Part shown: positions 18,471 to 25,433 of the stretch, piece after piece
How the letters are laid out: each line of letters begins with the position of its first letter
How positions within the stretch are numbered: the first letter of the stretch is position 1
Origin: Saprospiraceae bacterium
GTDB taxonomy: Bacteria > Bacteroidota > Bacteroidia > Chitinophagales > JAHQVX01
Length of the DNA: 36,653 nucleotides
Direction: 5' to 3'
NCBI GenBank assembly: GCA_019634125.1
Contig: JAHQVX010000039.1
Span: 1 to 36,653, forward strand
Notes under the pieces: generated by a model
Databases searched by the model: none
Told to the model about the DNA's origin: nothing
The model's input: only the letters and a program-made list of their open reading frames with translations
Position numbers and translations under genes: made by a program

Positions 18471-18548
18471 CAACTTGCAGATTATCAGTTGTTTAGAATG
18501 AATCAATGTATTCTTAGTGGTAGGTTTAATTCAACAAAATAAACAACC

Positions 18549-18791
18549 ATGATTCATTTAGCAAATAACTGCGGCAATTGCGGAAGTCTTCAAACCAATA
18601 GTACTTGTGGTGTTCATCAGGTACAAGTGAGCCAAGATTTAACTTGTAACCAATTTAACATGCGCGAGAGTTTAATCCCCGGTATGGATTGCACTTCGTG
18701 TGGACGAAAAGATGACGGTTCATGTCCGCATCCAGGGAAGGCTGCAGCGGGAATGCGTTGTCACATGTGGGCACCGAATGCTCAGGCTTAA
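18549..18791 (+). CDS. Small Cys-rich protein with two CxxC-x7/8-C-x11/12-CxxF/W units (putative Fe-S or metal binding)
   Basis: Eight Cys in two regular units; A-rich leader typical of Bacteroidota starts; fills an otherwise empty gap; its stop overlaps the glnS stop (TTAA). Confidence 0.75.
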   Translation: MIHLANNCGNCGSLQTNSTCGVHQVQVSQDLTCNQFNMRESLIPGMDCTSCGRKDDGSCPHPGKAAAGMRCHMWAPNAQA

Positions 18792-20470
18792 TCAGCAGTG
18801 TCCATCTTCGCCCAAGTATCTCTCAACGTAACTGTTCTGTTGAAGATTAAGGTATCTTCCGTGGAGTCTTTGTCCACGCAGAAGTAGCCGAGTCGTTGAA
18901 ATTGGACGGTACGTCCAATTTCTAACGCCTTCATGGCCGGCTCCGCATAGGCCGTCACCACTTTTAGCGAATCTGGATTGAGGTAGTCTAAAAAGTCTTT
19001 CTCCTTATCGGCATCGGGTTGAGGCACCGTAAATAACCGGTCATACAACCGAACTTGCACAGGTAAGGCATGCTGAATGCTAACCCAGTGCAACGTCCCT
19101 TTGACCTTACGCTGACTCGCTTCTGTGCCACTTCCGCTCTTACTATCGGGATCGTACGTGCAATAAATCGTAGTGATATTGCCATCGGCATCTTTATCTA
19201 CACGTTCGCCTTTAATGATATAAGCCCCTTTTAAACGGACTTCTTTCTCTAAAGTCAGCCGGAAAAACTTTCGGTTGGCCGATTCTCGAAAATCTTCACG
19301 CTCAATATAGAGTTCTCGACTAAAGGGCACTTTTCGTGTTCCTGCTGCTTCATCTTCAGGATTATTCTCCGTTTCAAGCCACTCTTCCTTACCTTCAGGA
19401 TAATTGGTAATCACCAATTTCACCGGATCAAGAACGGTCATCACCCGAGGAGAGATCTTGTTTAAATGATCCCGAACACTATGATCGAGTAGCGCAGGGT
19501 CGAGGAGGTTGTCTCGTTTAGCGACTCCGGCTTTTTCCCAAAAGTTTCGAATGCTTTCCGGCGTATAGCCTCGTCGGCGAAGCCCTGAAATAGTAGGCAT
19601 ACGTGGATCGTCCCAGCCAGTGACATGGCCTTCTTCGACCAGCTTTAATAATTTTCGCTTGCTAGTAATCATGTAGCCTACATTCCCACGTGCAAATTCT
19701 CGTTGCTTATTACGCACTTTAGCCGGGTCGTATACCTGATCTAAATACCATTCATAGAGCGGTCTATGCGGTTTGAACTCCAAACTACATAGCGAATGAC
19801 TGATTTGCTCGATGTAATCGCTTTCTCCATGTGCCCAATCGTACATTGGGTAAATACACCAATCACTTCCAGTGCGGTGGTGCGGTTTTTTGAGAATACG
19901 ATACATCACCGGATCGCGCATATTCATATTTGGCGATGTCATATCGATTTTTGCACGAAGGGCGTGAGACCCTTCTTCAAATTCTCCATTTTTCATGCGT
20001 TCAAACAAGTCTAAGTTCTCTTCCACAGAACGATTCCTAAATGGACTTTCAACGCCGGGCTCTTGAGGGGTTTTTCGCTGAGCGGTAATGACTTCACTTG
20101 GTTGATCGTCTACATATGCTTTTCCAGCTTGGATTAATTCAACGGCCCAGTCGTAGAGTTGTTGGAAGTAATCGGAAGCATAGAGTTCGTTTTCCCATTG
20201 GAATCCTAGCCATTTAATGTCCTCTTTTATCGAATCCACATATTCCTGCTCTTCTTTCGCAGGATTGGTGTCATCGAAACGTAGGTTGACAGGTGCATTG
20301 TATTTGAGGCCAAGTCCAAAATTAATATTGATGGCTTTGGCGTGCCCAATATGTAGGTAGCCATTGGGCTCTGGAGGAAATCTGAAGCGTAGTTTCTCCT
20401 TCGGGAAACCGTTGGCTAAGTCTTCCTCAATGATGTGTTCAATAAAGTTCAACGATCGTTCTTCGCTCAT
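18788..20470 (-). CDS. glnS: Glutamine--tRNA ligase
   Basis: RFPPEPNGYLHIGH (HIGH), ITSKRKL (KMSKS equivalent), WDDPRMPT and QFQRLGYF; ATG at 20470 follows a TACCTTTG promoter element. Confidence 0.97.
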   Translation of the reverse strand: MSEERSLNFIEHIIEEDLANGFPKEKLRFRFPPEPNGYLHIGHAKAININFGLGLKYNAPVNLRFDDTNPAKEEQEYVDSIKEDIKWLGFQWENELYASDYFQQLYDWAVELIQAGKAYVDDQPSEVITAQRKTPQEPGVESPFRNRSVEENLDLFERMKNGEFEEGSHALRAKIDMTSPNMNMRDPVMYRILKKPHHRTGSDWCIYPMYDWAHGESDYIEQISHSLCSLEFKPHRPLYEWYLDQVYDPAKVRNKQREFARGNVGYMITSKRKLLKLVEEGHVTGWDDPRMPTISGLRRRGYTPESIRNFWEKAGVAKRDNLLDPALLDHSVRDHLNKISPRVMTVLDPVKLVITNYPEGKEEWLETENNPEDEAAGTRKVPFSRELYIEREDFRESANRKFFRLTLEKEVRLKGAYIIKGERVDKDADGNITTIYCTYDPDSKSGSGTEASQRKVKGTLHWVSIQHALPVQVRLYDRLFTVPQPDADKEKDFLDYLNPDSLKVVTAYAEPAMKALEIGRTVQFQRLGYFCVDKDSTEDTLIFNRTVTLRDTWAKMDTAD

Positions 20471-20476
20471 AGTGGG

Positions 20477-20484
20477 CAAAGGTA
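20477..20484 (-). promoter_or_regulatory. -7 promoter element TACCTTTG, implying a leaderless or near-leaderless glnS mRNA
   Basis: Exact TAnnTTTG consensus 6 nt before the ATG. Confidence 0.65.
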
Positions 20485-20516
20485 GAAAAAGGGAGTTAAG
20501 GATGAATAAGATTTCA

Positions 20517-21146
20517 TCATTTTCCGAATACTGCTTTTAGATGTTGCCATTCGCGTTTGACCATCAACTTTAACCTTCGGGGGAATTCCAATTTCCGTTT
20601 GCTAGAAGCATTGTGGCTTTGTTGGAAGGCTTCTAATGCTTTCTCCAGCGATCCTTCTGCTTGTATGGATGACCAAAAAATGGGGAAGTCGGTACGGATC
20701 GTTTCCAGGTGAATGGTTTGTTGATTCCGTTTGTTGCTTATAAAGTGTGCAATATTGGCATTTACGGTATCGATATAATCATAGCAGAGTTGGAGTCGAT
20801 CTGCTGGGCTGAGGTTTTGCGGCGGAGTCATTCTGATGCCTTCGGAGAAGGCATCTATTACGCTAGATGGCTGGAAGTAGCGCTTCATAAAACTTTGAGC
20901 TACGGCTTCTCGGTCGCGAATCAAGTGCACATAAAAGGCTTCATCGCCAAAGTGTGCATGGAGTTGACCAAGGTGCCAGCTGAGTCGGTTATCAGATTCA
21001 ATGTGTTGATCGGCATAGTCGAATCTTCCTTGGCCAAGTTCCTTGGCCAAGGTCTCATGCCCCGAACTGAAATTCGTGATATACTTACACGCTTCCACAA
21101 TGCTTGTAGAACCGCAGCGACCCGTACTTAAGATAAAGACCCGCAT
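20517..21146 (-). CDS. Sulfotransferase-like P-loop protein
   Basis: FILSTGRCGSTS resembles the 5'-PSB loop; YVHLIRDREAVAQSF resembles the 3'-PB motif; HE follows the first helix. Confidence 0.7.
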   Translation of the reverse strand: MRVFILSTGRCGSTSIVEACKYITNFSSGHETLAKELGQGRFDYADQHIESDNRLSWHLGQLHAHFGDEAFYVHLIRDREAVAQSFMKRYFQPSSVIDAFSEGIRMTPPQNLSPADRLQLCYDYIDTVNANIAHFISNKRNQQTIHLETIRTDFPIFWSSIQAEGSLEKALEAFQQSHNASSKRKLEFPRRLKLMVKREWQHLKAVFGK

Positions 21147-21356
21147 CTAGTGAATTTCAATCACTTCCTCACCAAATACCACCACATCGCCCCGTCGTAG
21201 TTTCTTCCGAACTTGGACTTCAACAGCATCATTCACAACCACTTCGCCACTTTTTATCCGGATTTTTGCTTCGCCCCCAGTACCTACCATACTTACTGCT
21301 TTCAAGAGTTTATTGAGCTCAATAAACTCCTGATCGGCTTTTAACTGAAAGTCCAA
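21147..21356 (-). CDS. S4-domain RNA-binding protein (YbcJ/YaaA type)
   Basis: FIELNKLLKAVSMVGTGGEAK...VVVND...RKKLRRGDVV; TTG start directly after the upstream stop. Confidence 0.92.
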   Translation of the reverse strand: MDFQLKADQEFIELNKLLKAVSMVGTGGEAKIRIKSGEVVVNDAVEVQVRKKLRRGDVVVFGEEVIEIH

Positions 21357-21941
21357 TTATCTTAGAATCAATTTTTTGAAGATATCTACCGCGCTCGTCA
21401 TAGTCTGTTGATCTCTGCTTCCTTTTAGCAAAGCCTCCATAATCCCGCCATCTTCTTGAACTTCTTGGGTTCCAGGTCGGTAGTAATGATCGCGCACATC
21501 ATTGGCCACTTCTTGCTGACTTAAATGCATTTTACGCATTCGATTAGCCAAGTAGGCTAGAGCAATTGGGGCAACAATAATGAGTAATTGCTTGGCTTTA
21601 TCCTTTGGCAGGCCAGTGGCTTGGGCGAAAATATCAACGATGGAATCTAATTTGTCGCCTAATACATGACCTAAAATTCCTTCTCCTTTACCCTCTGTCG
21701 CTGCATTGGGAATGAAGTCTTTAAGTCGGCCTAGTATATTATTATCGGCATGGTCTTTATTCAATGCTTCGAATAGGGCTTGTGCTCCACCGGGTTGTTG
21801 CACATTTCGGGCCATACCACTCATTAAAATTTGGGTGGCTAGAGCAACAAGTTGCGGCGGAATGCCATTTTTAAAGCCCAGTTGCTTGCCAATTAAATTC
21901 AAAGCCTGCTGGGTTAAGAATTGTTGAAACATCTTATTCAT
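21357..21941 (-). CDS. DUF937-like helical protein
   Basis: GAQALFEALNKDH, GEGILGHVLG and LLIIVAPIALAYL patterns recalled for DUF937. Confidence 0.75.
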   Translation of the reverse strand: MNKMFQQFLTQQALNLIGKQLGFKNGIPPQLVALATQILMSGMARNVQQPGGAQALFEALNKDHADNNILGRLKDFIPNAATEGKGEGILGHVLGDKLDSIVDIFAQATGLPKDKAKQLLIIVAPIALAYLANRMRKMHLSQQEVANDVRDHYYRPGTQEVQEDGGIMEALLKGSRDQQTMTSAVDIFKKLILR

Positions 21942-22034
21942 ATATAAATTTTATAGCGGATGATGAACTTATTTTCAATTTGAAAGATACATGATTTTAT
22001 GATCCCAGACTTTTAGGAGTTAACTGGATATTCG

Positions 22035-22068
22035 AAAAAAAACCCGGCCACCTAAAGGTGGCCGGGTT
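22035..22068 (-). terminator. Rho-independent terminator of the PL7 gene
   Basis: A-run followed by CCCGGCCACC-taaa-GGTGGCCGGG; the A-run is the U tract on the minus strand. Confidence 0.9.
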
Positions 22069-22087
22069 GTATGCACAAACTACGAGT

Positions 22088-24781
22088 TTACTGCTTTAGC
22101 AGTGTTTCTGAATGAAGGACTTGGCCCGTTGCCCCCACCCATTTTAAATAATATATTCCCGGTCTTATAGATGGTGTTATTGTAAATGTGTCGCCAGAAG
22201 TAACTCCTTCCTGTGTAAACACAATATTCCCAAATTGATCGATCAGGTAAACCGTACTATTCACCTCTTTTGATGTATCAGGAAGTGCAACAACTAACTC
22301 TGAAGAAAATGGGTTTGGATATGCATAAACCGCTTTAGATTCTTTTTCTTCCACCAGCATTTCTCGATTCGAACTAGAGCCCGTTATTTCGATATTTGTG
22401 ACATTATATACTTCGGAAGTAACACTTGTAGCTCCATTTATAATCACTTCTAGGGTGTTGCCAGAAATATTACATTGCTCGAAGTTGGCCGACTGGAAGG
22501 AGTCTGTTTTAGAATATAGGGTTTGTGTAGCCCCTCCATTTACACGATACAATATGTCTATGTAGTCACTACTTTCCATATTGCCCAGTCCTTCAGCAGT
22601 TAAGGACAGACATACAGACGCAGCACAAGAAATATCCACCACGCCCAAACTAATACTAACCGCTTCATTGGAAATACTCACATCAGGGCCTGACCATGGA
22701 ACATCACAGTTGTTTCCAGTGCTACCACCTGTTACCTTAGTGAACGTAAACGATTCCCATGTTAAAGCACTTGATGGGGATACAAATTTCACTTGACCCG
22801 AACTGTTCACCTGGAGCCTACTGTAGGCGTTTGGCCCATCAGGTAAAGTCATGAAATAGCTGCCATTTAAATAACCTTCTTCAAATTCATAATAAGTATA
22901 ACTTCCACTTGAACTGGTGGCTTGCATGTCGGCATTCGGGGAATTATCGGTTCTTAAACGAGGTAAAGCTCCTCCTGCAGCCCGTTGTACATGCCAAAAA
23001 CCATTGCCTTTAGCTACAAATTTCCATTCTACGTTTGCCCCAGTTGTGTTGGTAGATGTGGTAAATGCATCTTCACTGGAACCAGTTGCTCCTAATCGAA
23101 GGTTATGATGCGGAGAATCAATGTAATAAACAGCATTTGGATCCGGGGTGAAAGTAGATCCTGTTCCTCCTTGACCATTTCCATCTCCACGAATTTCCAC
23201 ATTATAAACATTATAGACTTCAGAAGTCACACTAGTGGCCCCATTTACGATCACTTCCAAGGTGTTTCCAGAAATCCCGCACTGTTCAAAGTTGGCGGTT
23301 GAGAAGGAATCGGTCTTAGAATACAACGTTTGTTGCGCGCCGCCATTTACTTTATAATAGATGTTGAGGTAATCCGAGCTTTCCATATTCCCTAAACCTT
23401 CGGCTGTTAACGACAGACATACTTGATTTTCGCAAGAAATATCAACTACACCCAAGCTAACCGTTACGCTTTCATTAGATATGCTCACGTCATCTCCAGC
23501 CCAGGGTAAATTACAATTGTTCGGATTGCTATTCCCCGATGTTGTAAATCCTTGCCCTTCGCCATCGTTGTATGCTGTTGCAATGGTTTGATCATCACAT
23601 TTCGCTCTCACTTGCCATCTATATGCTGTATTATTCGATAAGCCGGTTAGGTTGTAGAATGCTTTCCCCCCCGAAACTGTAAAATCGCCTTCTGATTCTC
23701 GTAAGGTAGTTTTATACGTCCAGTTAGTGCTTCCTGCCAGAGCATACCGAATGTTATAATGATTGAAGCTATCGTCAAAGTTCCAGCTTAATGTTGCACT
23801 AGTTTGACCTACATTAGATACTGTTCGAGATCCAGGCACATTGGCAGAACAACCTCCTCCTGTTGGTGGGTTGCCCCCAGAACCAAAGTCGCCGTCGTGG
23901 TCTACTACTAAATCATAAACCACCACTTCTCCATAATTATCTGGATCATCGGTGTCATTACCTTCCTGACTTGGATTACTTTGTGTGTAATTTCCAGCTT
24001 TGAAGTAAGCATCCCCATAATTAATATCCATGAGAACTGCATTGCCGCCGTCGGTCACTCTATAATTGGATGCGTTTCCACTTGTAAAGGCATTTTTTAG
24101 ATTCCCATCTTCACTGTAATAAGCATAGTGTTTCCCGTCAATCACTTCAAAGATGACTTCATGGACAGTTCCAAGGGAATAGTTGTTTTTTATGGTGACT
24201 TCGCTTCTTAGTTGGCCTCCGTTAAAATCAAGAAATAGGCGTTGATTCTCTAGACGCACAACCATAGCATCGTCAATGCCTTCGGATTTATTACCGTGAA
24301 TTTGTGTGGCAACTAAATGCGGCTTGTTGATTGGTAAGTGCGTGATCGCTTGTTTAACGTAAATGACATGATGACCTGAAGTCGTCCAATAAACATCTAC
24401 ATCACCATCTACCTCACGCTCTCTTAATTCAGAACGAACATTACTAGAGTTAGGGGTGGTGCCGTTGTCGGAGCGAATGGGGGCTCTGAAAACAATGCCG
24501 TTACCGGCATTGTTTACATAATAAAATTCTTTGCGGTTATTAGCTACGTCGTTACATAGATCCTTTTCTTCATCGCCTGTGGGAAAGGTAATCTTCCATT
24601 GTTCGCACCCGGGGTAGGTAACCCCACCTTGGGTATTTGAATTCCATTGGTTCAATAAATCTTGCGGGGTCTGGCCATGGCTCATTAGAGCAAATCCAAG
24701 CGTGCAAAAGCAAAAGCAAAACAGCTTAAATGTCAAACGTAGAATGGATGATTTTTTGGGGGAAGTAAACATAAAATGCAT
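22088..24781 (-). CDS. Multimodular PL7 alginate lyase: signal peptide, PL7, FN3, module A, beta-trefoil-like domain, module A', T9SS C-terminal sorting domain
   Basis: PL7 motifs RSELRE, QIH and YFKAGNYTQ; FN3 pattern (ATLSW...YNIRY...LTGLSNNTAYRWQVRA); YPNPF...GIYYLK CTD. Confidence 0.9.
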   Translation of the reverse strand: MHFMFTSPKKSSILRLTFKLFCFCFCTLGFALMSHGQTPQDLLNQWNSNTQGGVTYPGCEQWKITFPTGDEEKDLCNDVANNRKEFYYVNNAGNGIVFRAPIRSDNGTTPNSSNVRSELREREVDGDVDVYWTTSGHHVIYVKQAITHLPINKPHLVATQIHGNKSEGIDDAMVVRLENQRLFLDFNGGQLRSEVTIKNNYSLGTVHEVIFEVIDGKHYAYYSEDGNLKNAFTSGNASNYRVTDGGNAVLMDINYGDAYFKAGNYTQSNPSQEGNDTDDPDNYGEVVVYDLVVDHDGDFGSGGNPPTGGGCSANVPGSRTVSNVGQTSATLSWNFDDSFNHYNIRYALAGSTNWTYKTTLRESEGDFTVSGGKAFYNLTGLSNNTAYRWQVRAKCDDQTIATAYNDGEGQGFTTSGNSNPNNCNLPWAGDDVSISNESVTVSLGVVDISCENQVCLSLTAEGLGNMESSDYLNIYYKVNGGAQQTLYSKTDSFSTANFEQCGISGNTLEVIVNGATSVTSEVYNVYNVEIRGDGNGQGGTGSTFTPDPNAVYYIDSPHHNLRLGATGSSEDAFTTSTNTTGANVEWKFVAKGNGFWHVQRAAGGALPRLRTDNSPNADMQATSSSGSYTYYEFEEGYLNGSYFMTLPDGPNAYSRLQVNSSGQVKFVSPSSALTWESFTFTKVTGGSTGNNCDVPWSGPDVSISNEAVSISLGVVDISCAASVCLSLTAEGLGNMESSDYIDILYRVNGGATQTLYSKTDSFQSANFEQCNISGNTLEVIINGATSVTSEVYNVTNIEITGSSSNREMLVEEKESKAVYAYPNPFSSELVVALPDTSKEVNSTVYLIDQFGNIVFTQEGVTSGDTFTITPSIRPGIYYLKWVGATGQVLHSETLLKQ
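22379..22714 (-). repeat. Copy 2 of a 112-aa intragenic module
   Basis: NNCDVPWSGPDVSISNE...NIEITG; ungapped alignment to copy 1 gives about 90/112 identical residues (hand count). Confidence 0.95.
23186..23521 (-). repeat. Copy 1 of a 112-aa intragenic module
   Basis: NNCNLPWAGDDVSISNE...NVEIRG, 336 nt, same length as copy 2. Confidence 0.95.
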
Positions 24782-24805
24782 AATGAGTGATTGTAGTGTG
24801 TGAAT

Positions 24806-24836
24806 AATTGGTTAACCAACAATTGGTTGACCAATT
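24806..24836. promoter_or_regulatory. Tandem GntR/FadR-type operator boxes TTGGTTRACCAA
   Basis: TTGGTTAACCAA (24808-24819, perfect palindrome) and AATTGGTTGACCAATT (24821-24836), 25-55 nt upstream of the PL7 start. Confidence 0.72.
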
Positions 24837-24950
24837 TAAAATCACTTCTAAATTATACAATTATGTATAGCAATCCAACCTCATAAATAGTAGTTTGTAC
24901 ACTAACTATAAGTTAATTTCTAGGCGGATGATTTGGGTAAAACTTTGAAT

Positions 24951-25364
24951 TTAAAGGATGATCACTTCAAAACTTACTTTGATATCGGGATGAAGGGATT
25001 CGAGCACAGAGCAATATTTTTCAACGGCTAATTTGGCGGCACGATCGGCTTTCTTTTGGTCAACTTCCCCAGTAATCTTATATAGTAAATGAATTTTTCG
25101 AAACGGTTTGGCATCGTCAATTTCTTGCCGTTCCCCTTCAATTTCTATGGTTAAGTTCTCCATAGGTTGTTTCATCTTTTTGAGGATAATAATCACATCC
25201 ACGGCAGTGCAACCTGCTGCGCTGAGGAGTAAATTTTCCATGGGGCTTGGCCCTTGCTTCGTAGTGCCTGCTTCTCTAGGGCTATGAATAGTGATTGGGT
25301 TGCCTTCTGCTGGAACGCCCTCGAAGAGGGCGTCGGAACCGATTTGCTTTAAAACGACTTTCAT
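24951..25364 (-). CDS. OsmC/YhfA family protein
   Basis: GPSPMENLLLSAAGCTAVDV and AVEKYCSV two-Cys pattern. Confidence 0.92.
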   Translation of the reverse strand: MKVVLKQIGSDALFEGVPAEGNPITIHSPREAGTTKQGPSPMENLLLSAAGCTAVDVIIILKKMKQPMENLTIEIEGERQEIDDAKPFRKIHLLYKITGEVDQKKADRAAKLAVEKYCSVLESLHPDIKVSFEVIIL

Positions 25365-25433
25365 GAGACAAATATGACAGTTTTAAAAAGATGGGGCGCC
25401 TTCTAGGATGGAAATTGTTGTACTTTCGAAAAA

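Noticed and set aside
24704-24721. (GCAAAA)3 microsatellite in the PL7 signal peptide as a phase-variation tract
   Set aside because: Only three units of 6 nt; slippage would keep the reading frame (FC repeats).
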